A stretch of DNA of 64,000 bases from Anthoceros angustus (lineage: Eukaryota; Plantae; Anthocerotophyta). A program made the position numbers and the translations under genes. A model generated the notes under the pieces. That model was not told the DNA's origin, made no database searches, and saw only the letters and a program-made list of their open reading frames with translations. Location: contig MU008150.1 of assembly GCA_010909165.1 (NCBI GenBank), positions 589,116 to 653,115 of the forward strand, in the 5' to 3' direction. Shown one piece after another: positions 24,566-37,307 of the stretch (positions within the stretch are counted from its first letter, which is position 1; the number at the start of each line of letters is the position of its first letter).

Positions 24566-26379
24566 ACGTGGTGGTTTCTTCCGAACGAGCATCAATTGCT
24601 CAAAGGCTATTGCCAAAGCGCAATTTTCAAGACAACTTTTGAAGGTGATGAACATAACATCTTCACTCAGATGGTCAATAGGCCCTTCCTATTCTAAACT
24701 ATGACATCCTCGGGGTAGGTAAGTTCAAAGTAATCATTCGGTCTAGTCCCCTTAGCCCGGGACCCTCTAGAGGGTTCCCCATAGCCATAATGGGACTTCA
24801 TCTCTGCATATTTATAAAGTCTCCATGTATATTTATTTATATTTATATATGTCATAAAGTATCGCGAAAAAATTAAGAGATGAGATTAAAAACTCTATTG
24901 TTAAGTGGCTATAGTATATTCTGCAATGTTTATTTGAAATCAGCATGTACTCAAAATGTATGAAGAATTGGTACATCACCTCTCCGCATAAATCACGCAA
25001 ATACTGTAGAATGTGTTCACATTAAGGAAATATATGGAATGAAAGAATCTTAGGTTCCCTATTGTTTATATGGATTTCAATAACATCAAAGAAAGAATTT
25101 TTTTTATACATATCAAATAATTATGTTTTCTTCTTACATTGATAGTTCACTTGTATTATTATAGTACATGTAAATAGGTGTAGATAATATTTCTTCCTAA
25201 AAGTAGATGATACAAAGAGAATATTTATTGAATGATGAGAATAAATATGAATTGTCCGTCATCCTAAACATCCCAATTTATTTTCATAAAGCCTGTTTTT
25301 GCCATGGAAGCTTTGAAAACGGACTTGGATATTTACTGGATTTGAAGTCCAACATTTCTTATACACTTCACAAAGAAAGAATTTGGAGGTAGATTGGAAG
25401 GTCTTGGTGGTGCATCCTCGACAGAAAGATTTGGACCATCATTCTTCTATTGGAGCGACAAATTTCACATTGCCATTGCAAGATTTTAATTCATAAAAAC
25501 TAATGAGATTGAAGACTCAGCCTTATTATTATTTGAGCAGATGCTTTGGTGATTTCACTCCCAACATCATAACATGACCCACAAGAATTGCCACTATTTC
25601 CAAACAAGGATGCTGAAATCAAGGTACATTCTGCAAAAGCATAAAAGATGACTGCCCAATCCGATTCATCAGGCAGTTCATCAGGCACAAGTGCATCAAC
25701 GTGGTCTTGATCTGCAGAACGCCACAATAGTACCAAAACCAAAATAATGTACTGGAAAATGCGTTTCATCATCTCTCAGAAAATACGTTACAAACAAGCC
25801 TGTCTTACTAAAGAGCTCGTAAGTTCGAAAGGCTACTTAAACAGAGGTCCAAGAAGGTTAACATTTGGCATTTCTTGTGGAATGCGCACAAAATGGCACG
25901 GTATTTCAGACGAGATTCCTCATGGGTGTTGATGTTGGACAGATTCGGTGAGTCAGTCAAACAGGGTCAAACGGAATAAGGAAGCTTGGATATGGGCGGA
26001 AGAAGCCTGCCCGCTCAATGTAGCAGGCATTGCCCGGCAGTCCCGGTGGTATTGCTCCATAATTCCTTTATCAATCAAGCTTGAGTTGCATTCACATTGA
26101 GGCCTCCACTATCCTAGTTGGTCTATCCCATCCAGACCAGCTGCCGTTGTAGCATCCCAGCGCCTAAGCCACGAATTTTCCATCCATCCCAGTCCTCCGA
26201 CTCTTCCTCAAGCCTCAGCCCTCAGCTTGTGGCTTGAATATCCAAGGAGGACAAGGACCCTACGATGACACTTCAGTCCGCAAGTGCAGAGGAAGCAGAA
26301 CAAGGTGAGCCTCAACCACAGGTATCCTCAACTCAAGGATACAGCAGGGGTACTTGCAGGAATGAGCAAACACGAGTCA

Positions 26380-27403
26380 CTAATCCGCCCTCCCTCCTGC
26401 TCCCCGCAATTGCTTCCTTAGCTGCTCTAAAGCATCCCACCTGCCATCGTCCTTCTCCTTCAGCACGCACTTACAGGAAGACCTGTTGAGGTTGACCCCG
26501 CAGCTCAGGCACAGTCCTTTGCAAGCTTCCACACAGATCGATTTGGCTGGAATCTCCAAATGCACGGTGTCTCGGATGTACTTGGAGATGTCCAGTTGAG
26601 ACGCCTCCATGGAAAATGCATCTTGTCATCCAAATCCAGGTCCAGCATGCCGAGCGCCTCTTCATCCAGGTCCTGCCCCTGCCCCAGCGCTCCCAGCACC
26701 ACCCCAGCTTCTCCTGTGTCGGCTCCTCCACAGGCTTTCCGTCAGCAGAAGGGAGAACTCTCCAGAAATCCGCTCCGCCATCGGAGCCAAGCATCTGTTA
26801 CACACACACACAACACAAGAACGCACATTCACTGCACTTCCATCCTCCCTATCCGTCCTGCATTGCAAGGGCTTGCACAGCAACAACCGACACTCACCTG
26901 TTGCATATGGCGGAGATGGCGGTTCTGGCCTCCGTTGAGCCGCAGATCCCTGCCCTCCTTCCTCACGTTCCAGGAGATGGAGACGGGGTGGCAGTCATTC
27001 TGCCGCCTTCAGGCCCATTGAAATGGCGGCTGTTCTGGAGAGCTCCGAGGACAGAGCCAGCAACCCCAAGCTCTCCAGCGAGCTCTCCACCTCGTAGTGC
27101 TGCCGAGTTGCGCCGCGCTTGAACACCACGGCACCTTCCCCAATCCCCTCTGCATCCTCTGATTCCTCGCCATCGGCTGGACTGGCTCCCAATGGCAAGG
27201 CTGAAATGCGGCGACATCCGTCTTGCACGGATCTCCTGCCTCCACACCCCAGGTTCAGAGCACGGAAGATGCAACCTTGGCCTGCTCTCTCGATCACTCA
27301 CCGAGCAACGCACAGGAATCCAGTTGCCCTTTGTTTGGAATGCGTCTGCCCCTGGAAGGAAGGAAGACGGAGAGGAAGAGATGCACACTGAAGACATGGC
27401 CAT
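26380..27403 (-). CDS. DUF177/YceD plastid large-subunit rRNA accumulation protein
   Basis: EGAVVFKRGA..LESLGLLALSSELSRTAAISMGL, LDLDLDDKMHFP, DISKYIRDTVHLEIPAKSICVEACKGLCLSCGVNLNRSSCKC, RWDALEQLRKQL; one intron near 26800-26895. Confidence 0.9.
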
Positions 27404-27687
27404 GGATGAACCATCACAGCATTTCAGCAGGGATTTCATTCAAAATGCTCAACACCTTAGGGCTTTCAGAGCAGAGTCCCTTGGCGATAGCCGCAGCCCA
27501 GCCCTACACTACAGCAGTTTCTGCCTAATAATCCAGAAATCTAGGAGTAAGTGGTACAAGCCGCTCCCAAACAGCCAGGCTGTGAGAATGATCTTCACGG
27601 GCACAAGCTGAGGACCTGAGAGGAAAGAATTGTGGCTGCCTATATAAATACTGAGCTAAAGAACAAGACGGTTTGCCTCATTCTCTG

Positions 27688-30600
27688 CTACGTTGTATCA
27701 CTCCACCGGTCATCCTCGTCGTCTTCATCGTCACTTCCAGTGAAGGCCTGGCACGACTCCATGTCAGTCACCATGTATCTCCAACACGAGGAGAGTCACA
27801 AAAGTTTGCATTGGCAAGAACCCTTACCTGACGGATGGCATTGGCCTTCTCCAGTATGGCTGCTACGTTTATGTTTGTCACCGGACGCTGCAAGCTTTCT
27901 GGCTGCACCCTGGGGGAAGACTTCGTTTCCCGCAAACTGAATGACTGTGACAATGAAGGAGCAAGCTCGTAGCACGAACATGATTATGTAGCAACATGGG
28001 CAGACAGGAAAGTTCAGCAAGATGGGCAAACAGGAAAGTTCAGCTCACAACCTGCGACCTTATTTGCTGAAGAAGGCCTTCCCTATCTTGGGTTGGAGAG
28101 CTCCTGCTTGGGGAGGCCTGCAATGGGAGAGAAACCTTTCGTAGCTGCAGAGATCAACGACAGAAAACGGAAGTCAGCCAGTAGAGCTTGCATGGGAACA
28201 AGTGAAGTACTACTGCATCAAGCGTAAGATGGGGAGCCAGCATTTTAAAACGAGACATGAATGGATTGTATCTGCACTATTGGGCAGCATAGGAAGGTCA
28301 ATTGCGGAATGACACTGGTAGGTACAAACCGTTCACCGCCTCCTACCTGGCTTCTGTCATGTGCAGCAATAGCATCCATGAGTGCATCTTGTTCACCTGC
28401 AATTGGGGCTCGCCTCGTTGGCATAGGTGCAGGAGGTGGAGAGGGTTGTTTAGTCCGGGTCGAGGAATAGGAGGAGGAGGAGGAGGGTTTCTAGAAGGAG
28501 ATCTCCCGAACTCTAAAGGGATACTCAGTTTCCTCTCGTGCCACTGACCAGGATTCAAGGGGAACTGGCGGCATTATCTCCGGTAATGACTTCGCAGTTG
28601 GTGATCTTTGGAGTTCCGGTCTTGGACTATGGGTCGGGGATGTAGGATCTAAGACATCTGAGGCACGAAAGCTCCTGGCACTCCGAGACCCTGGTGAATC
28701 CAGTAACTTTCGACCATGGAGTGGGGGAGACATGGGTGAATGGAGGGCACTGAAAATAGAAGACTTGGGAGATGATCCATCACTTCCTCCAGGGGAAAGG
28801 TCAGGATCATTGGCTTCAGTGTCAGAAAGGGACAGTGGATCTAACACCGAGAATTTATGGGCTTTCGGACTTTGAGAACTGGGAGGACTTGGAGGAACGG
28901 GAGGACTAGGGGCACGAGGAGGAGGGGCACGAGGAGGAGACAGACGGCTAGATCTGGCAGCTTCAGCAAGCTCCTCATCCAGTTCCTCCTCAACTTCGTC
29001 TTCCGATGAGAGCAGATGGAGAAGGGGGTCAACAGCGGCGAGCTCTTCTTCATGGGTGACCTGTTCATCTGCTACACCAGCAGTCAGTTCCTCCGCCTTA
29101 GCTGATATTCCTTTTGTGATGTGCTGGTCCTGGTGACCTTCAAAGTCCTGGGACAATACTTCCTCAGCCAGCTGGTCACCTTCTGTGAGTTGTTCGGGTT
29201 TTTCTGCGTCTCCGTCCTTCACCTCCTGTTCTGCAACATCTGTACCGACAGCTTCTTTCAAGTCTCCACCACCTCCTTGGTCCTTGTTCAAACTTGCTGT
29301 CATATCATGGTACTCATCTGGCAGGGACGTCTCTGGAGTAGAGCTAACTGCAGGTAACTCTGTCACAACTTCAGCAGCTTCTTCTGACACAGTTGTGCTT
29401 GGAAGAAAGAGGAGGACCAATTCTAGAGGGACTCAACAACTCGCTGCCAAGGGCTTCAGAACCGTTGGCAGGTCCTCTGCAGCAACGCAATTTCAGCGGT
29501 TACATCAGGGCTCGTTAACTTGGGTGCAAGATCTTCTCCAGAGGCGTTAGATGCGGTGGGACTCAAAACTTCTCTAGCAGAACCCTCAAACCTCCGAGGA
29601 GACGAGAGGTCAGATGTAGACCCAGCTGGACTTACGAGATCCCAAGGAGAGCCCAAACATTAACAGGTGAAGGAAGCACTACGACTGTCCCAGAGGGACT
29701 TGGTGGGTCAACTGCGGGTAGATGAATCTTGTTGACAAGGGATCCAGTTGCATCTCTGGGAGGTCCTACAACCTCTCTGGGAGAGATGACTGGTTTACTA
29801 AAACTAGGTGGACTTGGCGGCTGTCTAGAAGGCATAGCAAACTGGGTACTAGAGGATGGAGGTCCTTGAGCTGTTCCACTCGAAATCAACGGTTCACTGA
29901 CTTTAGAGCCGGGCTGGACTTCACCTGGCAAGGCTGCTTCACTGGAACTAGGCAGCTCCTCTGCAACCCTTGCTAGACCCTGTCCTGTTGGAGTCAAGAC
30001 GGACTCTTCACCTTCGTCAACTAAATATGTCCCTTCACTAGACGGACTCATCAATTCAGAAGAATCCACAGTTAGTGAAGGTGATGGAAGGGCCTCATTA
30101 AAGGTAGTTGGTCTTGGAGATGCCAATGAGTCTGCCGGGCTGTTTGCTGATGCCTCTGTATCCAGGGCCAATTCCCTTAGGACTGTCGACAGCGTGTGTC
30201 TCTGAGTCCTCTTCATTTGTCAAGGTTTTATGAACCACAGTATCTTGGCTGCTGGGAGCAGAAGTAGCTTGAGCGTCCAGAGGTGGCTGTGCTCCAGAAG
30301 TCCTGGGTTCTGCATCTGTCTCCCGTCTGACTCCATGGTTGCAAGTGCATCCAAAAAGTGATCTGCATCACCTGTAAGATCTTCTGCTGCATCTGCTGGT
30401 GGAATCTGCTCTACTCCTTGGCTCTCAAAGCGGTTTGATAGGGGCTTGACAAGCAGTTCCTGCTCGTCATTAGTAGAAGTTTGGACCTGCTCATGCCCAG
30501 TCGGTCGATCCAATGGAGGTATCGACTGAGCTTTGTCGTCAACCTGATAAAATCTGCTGACCTGCCCCTTTGAGTTAGCCACATTTGTTTCTGAAATCAA

Positions 30601-32345
30601 ATCTAATTTTGGGTGGACCCTCACAAATCTACCAGACAGTGTTTCAGCTTCAATCTCCTTCGCATTGAGTTTGAGTGGCTCGTCCACCTGGACTGCGGAC
30701 ACTACACTCGGAGAACTTAAAGTATCAGATCCAGATGGTTGCCTTGTATGTCTTGATGGAGGCAACTTTGCAGATGTAACTTGGGAGTTGTCACCAGCTC
30801 CTCTTGCAATGGTTTCCCTTATCTGCAATGCTAACTGTTCTGGAATTGGAGAAATTTGACGTTTGGCCAGAGCATCTGTTCCCACCCCTTTAGTCACTGG
30901 GGGCACATCTTTTGATGTCTTACCCTGCTGCTCTGCTTTAGCAGATCCTTTTCCACCCCCAATTTCCATAGTTCGACCAGGAGGCAGACCTAACCGGGGC
31001 TGTTTTAAATATTCCGTCTTGGAAGCTGATTCTGTACCTCGGCGAGCTGGTGGAGCTACCCTTGTCTGCGTCTCTGCTTCTGGTCTTCGACTGGGGGTTG
31101 GGCTTCCCGTGACTGCTTTGATAAATATTCAGAATTTAAGGAGGCAGAAGGTCCTGGAGGCCATCTGTCTCAACACCTCGTGAAGAATAGCGCACTCTAC
31201 AGAATCAAGGACAGGCAGCGTGAGCCTAACCTTGTACATCAAAAATCTCAACCCACTGCATAAACGGGAATGGATGCATGAGGTGAACTAAATACCTCGA
31301 ATTTATCTGTGTGACAGGCATAGTGTCCACAGAGTTAGGATTGTCCTTCCGACGCCTACCCTTTTCTACAGCACAGTGACGAAGCAAGAAAATCAGGGAC
31401 GCCAAGCTGTTGAGGAACCTGCAGCTCTACTGGCATAAGTACGAGCTGAGAAAGTACCTTCTTTCTGGCCTTTTGTTCACGTTCTGCTTTCATGAGCTCA
31501 GAGGTAGCCCACTCTGTCTTGAAGTAAGATGGGTCGGTGTACCTCTTTAAACACGCTCCAGCACCGGCCACATCAAACCTGCTCTCGTAGGAGGCAAAGA
31601 ATTTAGAGATTGTTTGAATTGGGACAGACGGATTCCATAGCCCAGTATCCTTGAAGGACAATGGAGCCACAGCAGAACTTGAAGGAAGCTATTAAGACTG
31701 TGTTTGACACATTCAACATACTTGTCCAACAGGAAGAGCCTTGGAGGTCCTCTACATTCCTCGTACGAATTCCTTATAAACCGAGGTAGATCTCCTTGAG
31801 TGCAGTGATTTTGATCGGTTCGAATGCTCGCATGCCACTCGGTACCTGAAGAGCCCAAAGCATCATGCATGGAAGCTGACATGGACGGAGAAGCAAGACA
31901 AGCGTGAGAGCGAGCTATTTTACCTGCGTTGTATGCATACTTCAGCTGGTTCGTCTCAGACAGCAATGCCTTCTCAATTGACGGCATCTCCGCCTCGATC
32001 TGCTGCACTCGGATGGCCAAATCATGCCCTTTCGCAGAAACCGCCATGACTTCTTCATGAAGGTCACGGAAGATGTCCGCTGCAAATCTGCAACACCGGC
32101 AACAATACAATCACCAAACGCGATACCAAGCACGCAAAAGAGACCCTTCCTCAGCTCCATTTTGGGCTTCATTCCAGGGGGCAGTATGCATACTCTGCCA
32201 GATCACCAATTTGCCTGACTATTCCAACGAGGCCTGCCGTGGCAACACCTTCCAAAAGTCCCTCTGGCTCATCCTTCGTTGCCCGGTACAAGTCCGGATT
32301 TGCCAAGCTATGCTCGCTCCTAATCTCATACCTTACGAGAGGCAT
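27688..32345 (-). CDS. SCAR: SCAR/WAVE actin-nucleation promoting factor
   Basis: [81 protein letters not shown]; long Pro/Ser-rich middle; C-terminal [14 protein letters not shown] and acidic [12 protein letters not shown]. Confidence 0.93.
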
Positions 32346-33984
32346 GGTCTCAAGCTGATCTACCCCCACAACAAATCCCTGCACATTGCGAGAGCTTTCT
32401 AGTCACCCAATACGCACTTCACACACTACTTCACGACATGACGCCATCTCCCACCCACTTCACTGGCCCAGCCTTCAACACAAAGCTGCGATCCCGGACG
32501 CCCAACACAACCCAGTACAAAAATCATCCCAGTTGCAAGAGCAAGAATTTTTCTGCAGCTATTCCAGCCACGCATTTCCTCAGCTGCGAGTCCTACCTAG
32601 AAGAAGCGAACTCGGAGCTGCAGCCTTCTTCGCATTGCGGAGGCCCGCAAGACCACGCATTGGCGACCCAGGTGGGACCACTTTCGAGACAACTATTCCT
32701 ACACAGCACTCTGCTGCAGTACGAGCTCCGCCCGCCCACCCAAGCGCCTGATAGAAATAGCCCACAACATGAACAGCAAATTCTGGTCTCGGGAGAAGGC
32801 AGAGAGGCTGTACCAATTCCACGACTGGTCCCAGCAGCCTCCTACTACCAAAGCAAAAATACCAAGCTGCAGCTACAGGTACCAAGCACTGGTCACACAT
32901 ACAGCGTCGATGGAAAGCAGATGAGGAGAGACGGCAGGGAGATGGTGCGACGGCAGGGAGACTGGGAAGCAGGGGCAGAAGATCTGCTGTCGGGCAGTAG
33001 TGAGAACAGGGACTGATTCAAAAAGTTGGGAGAGAGAGTGTGGACGACAGAGGTGGCCGGAGGGGGTGAGTTGAATACGACAAAAGAATGCTGCAGTCCG
33101 ATGCAAGAAGGCAGGACCCACAAGGTCAGGTACTTCCGCCGAGGTGGACCAGCGACGGCACCACAGATGTGGCCGCTGCCAGTCAAGTCTGAAACCTCAC
33201 AAATTCATCGCAGCCCAGAAGATAGCAGGCCCAGCAGCAGCAGCTGGAACACGGAGCAGAGGACACTGTTGTAAGGCCAGATAAGCTCACACAAACCGAA
33301 GGAATTCGTTGCACTCTGGCGTGAAAAGCAAGGAGAACGAGAGAGAGAGACTAACGAGGCACCCCCCGGACTCCAGCCTGCAATGCTAGCCTGCCGTCCG
33401 GGAATTCTCCAGGCAGCTGCTGGAGTTGGGCAGAGTCACGGCAAGCCCGGGCATCACCACATTCCCCGTTGCCTGCTTTTCTGCGACGTACCTGCCCAAA
33501 GCTAAACTGATAGCAGATGTTCCGCACGCCGCTCACCAACTGAGTGACACACTGACCACTGACCAGCCCTAGACCAAATGCACGGGACCAGAAAACAGCA
33601 GCTCGCACCCAAAACCAAGCAGAGCAAGGACACCGCAGGACTGTCGCCAGCGTGCCAGATCACGCTCTCTTCCAGGCAGACAAAGTCAGAGAGGAATAGA
33701 CAAGGCAGCTAGCTAACTACAAATGTACACATGAAGCTCCACTGCTCCAAGGGAATGCGGCATGCGGACCAGCAAGGTCCCAACAGCTCCCAGCAAGGTT
33801 TGCACTTTACACCCTCCTGTCCTGACGTCTCTGTGACTCCTCCGCCATAGCCAGGCTTCTGCATTGCTACCCACCTTGAGAGGAAACGTCAAGGCGCAAA
33901 ACTCCATAGTAATCACGAGCCTGCCAAGCTGAGGACGCTCCGTGCGAGCGCATCCTGAGGGCGGACGGAAATCGCGAATCAAAG

Positions 33985-34164
33985 ATGGGGACAACATGGA
34001 TCGCCATTGCCATTGCCATCGCCATCGCTATCGCCCAACAAGCTGCGCATGCGGATGGCAGGCGTGTTAACGTTCACGACCGGAACGGGCGGAAATTGAA
34101 TGAACTGGAGGAGGATTGCACGAATGCTGACCGTCGAGTATTGGAAGTCGTTCGCCATGAATGA
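33985..34164 (+). CDS. Candidate 59-aa secreted peptide ORF
   Basis: MGTTWIAIAIAIAIAIAQQAAHA-DGRRVNVHDRNGRKLNELEEDCTNADRRVLEVVRHE*; hydrophobic core arises from a GCCAT(T/C) microsatellite; below the 60-aa ORF-track cutoff. Confidence 0.3.
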   Translation: MGTTWIAIAIAIAIAIAQQAAHADGRRVNVHDRNGRKLNELEEDCTNADRRVLEVVRHE

Positions 34165-34510
34165 CCTGCAGAAACGGTCGCCATCTTCGAATCCTATGCC
34201 TGCGACCACGGTTGGGCTAACCGCGGTCAGTTAACCGCGCGTTATACGAGCATTGAACTTAAACGAGTCTGAATTATGAAATAGTAAATACAGGGACGGG
34301 ATATGATGGCCCGGCGATGATGATGGCTGTGCAGCATAATCGATGACGACTCCCCGGGCCCATCGCCAATTCTCGCAGGATGTACTGCAGACTGGACTGG
34401 TTTCTGCTGGATGCACATGGACCCATCAATCTGGCCATCAGGCTCCAGCCTGGAGTCTGCCTGCCTGCCATTTGAGCCGTACATTCTCCCCTTGTGCAAC
34501 GGGTACGAGC

Positions 34511-36039
34511 TTACGAGAGCAGCTTGGAGCCAGGGAACGAGAAGAGACGGATGGCATTCTGGTAAGTGGCAGCACCGACTTCCTCTTCGCTTTTCCCCAG
34601 GTGAGAGGAAACGATGGAAAGAACCTGCAAAACAGGAGAAGAATGAGGGTTGTTTATGCCCTGTTGTGGGGACTGGCTGAGGAGGAAGAGTTGCTGGTCA
34701 GAAGGCTCACAGATCGGATGTTTGAAGGATGGTTCAGAGTCTTCACGACTGTGTTGCTGTCGGCAGGGGCTCTGGAATGGGTGACAAGGAGTTGGGGTCC
34801 ACGTTGGGCAGTGCGTCTGGAGAGTCTGTCTCTAGCAGGAGCCTGTCCCAGGGTACCTGCCAGGTGAGAGGAGTAAGTGAGTGTAAGTCATGAAGTGATG
34901 GAGTGATGTTCATACCGCTTTCAGGATGTTCTTGGCCTTGTTGGGTTTCATGCCAGTGATGAAGCCGGAGAAGGAGAAGTATGTGTTGTGATTGGAGAGC
35001 ACGGACCATCTCCGCGGAACCACTGTATGAATGGAGGATGAGTCCAGGAGGAAAGGGGCCCAAGTCTCTGCCAGTCATGGAAGTGATAGGATCAGTGGTG
35101 ACTGAAGGTGGAAGAGGATGAAATGTATGGATCGTGAGATGTGGAGCTTACCGAAGAAGCTCTTGAAGAGCGCCAAAAGCTCGGACGCAATGGATTGCAG
35201 CAGGTCGATGGAGCTCCTGGCTGGCTCAAGCTGCTGCCTTAGAATCTCTGCCTGTTGGGTATAGAAGCTCAGTTTGAGTACAGGTACAGACAGTTCAAAA
35301 TGCAACCTCAGGTTGCCTGGAAAGGGCAGCACAGAGTGGTGTAAACCAGACCTGTGTTGCTTCATCCGAAGCACTGCCACGAGGGCTCCTGTCAAGCCCC
35401 GCCTGCCATGCAAGCTCAAGTCAGACAGACCGGTGCGAAACACGATAGTAGCAGATCAAATTACCAAAGCACTGAAAGCTGGCAGAAGCAGGAAAACATA
35501 CTAGGCCAAAGCCCTGGCCAAAGTGAGCCTGTGTAGAAACGTACCTCTCCCAAGGCAGCCGTCGGGACAGCCTCAAGCATGGCTCTCAAACTGGACAACC
35601 AATCTGGAGAACGCTTCTCAAGGTACCTGCTCTTCCAGCAGGAAGATGATGAGAACGTCATAGTGGATATCCGAGCATCACATCGTGAACATCCGAACTT
35701 AATCCGTGACACAATTCGCATGTTCCTTCTTCAACACACACATACCAAGGATGGAGACCAAAGCATGGAATCACAGATGGGTGCTTCTCACCAAGCTGCT
35801 TCACGTCCTCCCAGTCCTCCTGCCCACAACCAAATCACCGTCACAACCTGCAGTTAGAGGAGCAGAATGACATGCGTCAGCATGGTAGGCTTGATGGGTC
35901 ACAAACCTGAGACGTTCCGTTGACAGCAAACCATTGCACCCCGCCTCCTTGGCAGACTGCAGCAGCCGGGGGTACAGTGGGCGATTCGGGCATCCTGAAG
36001 GTGGCAGTGCGCATCAAAGAGCGGTCCTCTGGCCTGCAT
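34511..36039 (-). CDS. tatD: TatD-family nuclease, multi-exon
   Basis: LFDAHCHLQD, WFAVNGTS, VIPCFGLHPW, LILHSYSGS, DRLLLETDSPDALP, TYQNAIRLFS. Confidence 0.9.
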
Positions 36040-36107
36040 CCTTGCCAACCCAAAAACTCTGCCGTCTTTCCAGTTTTCCGGCAGGGTTTTACACCATAGT
36101 CGTGGAA

Positions 36108-37222
36108 ATGGCGCTCGCGGTAGTGTCAGTACCGCCTTCGGCTATGGCGGTGCACCGTTCATGTTCCTCCACCTTCTCCGCTTCATTCAGTCCCTCAGGT
36201 AGGCTCACACTCTTGGCTGTCTCGCTGTCTGTCTTGCGTGCGTGGCGGGATGGATTGCAAGCTTCGGTCCTGACAAACGTGCATTCTTGCTGCAATCCGT
36301 TTCAGGATCTCTGGGAAGCCGAATCAATGCAAGTGGAAGTGCCAGACTGCTGCTCAACAACCATCTCTGTCATCGGAGTAAGGACATCACAAGTTGTGTG
36401 CCAGGCGTCAGACAAAGGTAAGGAAACTGTGAGCTCCTCCTTCTCTCAGCACCAAAATTCATGTCCAGAGCTGCTCTCCTGAGCCGGCTCGTCCTTGGCT
36501 CGCAGAAGGTCACCGAACTGAGGCAGCTCCAGCTGCACGCCACAGAGGTTTTGGCTGAACTCCTCAAAGCCGAGGACAAGGAGCAGGCAGCTCAAGTACG
36601 TGGAGTTCTTGACTGAGGATTTCTTCATGGTGGCCTCGACTTATCTGGAGCTGGTACTACGCATTCCCTTCTTTCTTTCTCTCTGTCCTCATCCAAGCAT
36701 GCTGTCTTCTTTCATGTTCCTCACCGCCTTACATCTGACCTAACACTTGCTGCATTGGTAGAAAGGCCAAGAAGGAAGGTAACCTCCAGGTGATGAACCA
36801 AATCGAAACAACCCTCCGAATAGCCATGTCAGAGAAGGAGAGGACCCTCCGGCCAGAGATCCGGCTTCTGAATCAGGTAAGCCTCTCCCAGACAAATCGA
36901 GAATCAAAAGTCTGCTTCTCTTCAAGAACCAAAACTTCATCAAACAAAGAATCTCCCGGTGCTTGTGCAGCTGATGAGAGACAAAACTCCCTCGGACCGA
37001 GTGGCAACGATGAAGAGCCAAGTCGATTACCTGGCTCCAGACAGCTACTTCTTCACCCTTCTAAACAGGATGATTCTAGACGTGGATCGGCAGAAGAACA
37101 ACCCACAGAGGCTCAAGCTCCTGACCCAACTCCGCATCATCAGCAGGGAGACGAAGGAGGCTGCCAAGGCCATCTCAAGCGCATGGCTGAAAGCGGGGCT
37201 TGATTCAATTTTAGCATTATAG
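36108..37222 (+). CDS. Unidentified probable plastid protein (helical), multi-exon
   Basis: Ser/Ala-rich transit-like start MALAVVSVPPS; exons FLTEDFFMVASTYLEL|gt, AKKEGNLQV...EKERTLRPEIRLLNQ|gtaag and cag|LMRDK...YFFTLLNRMILDV. Confidence 0.7.
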
Positions 37223-37307
37223 TAGATATTTAGTGAATAATTTTAGCTCTGTACCAACTTCTTCGTCTTCCATAGCCGAGCTCCAAGGAGCTGTCTTTGC
37301 GTGAGCG

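Noticed and set aside
25300-26350. Exon-like fragments downstream of DUF177
   Set aside because: Acceptor-like sites and short open frames exist but do not assemble into a recognisable protein; may be 3' UTR or a relic.
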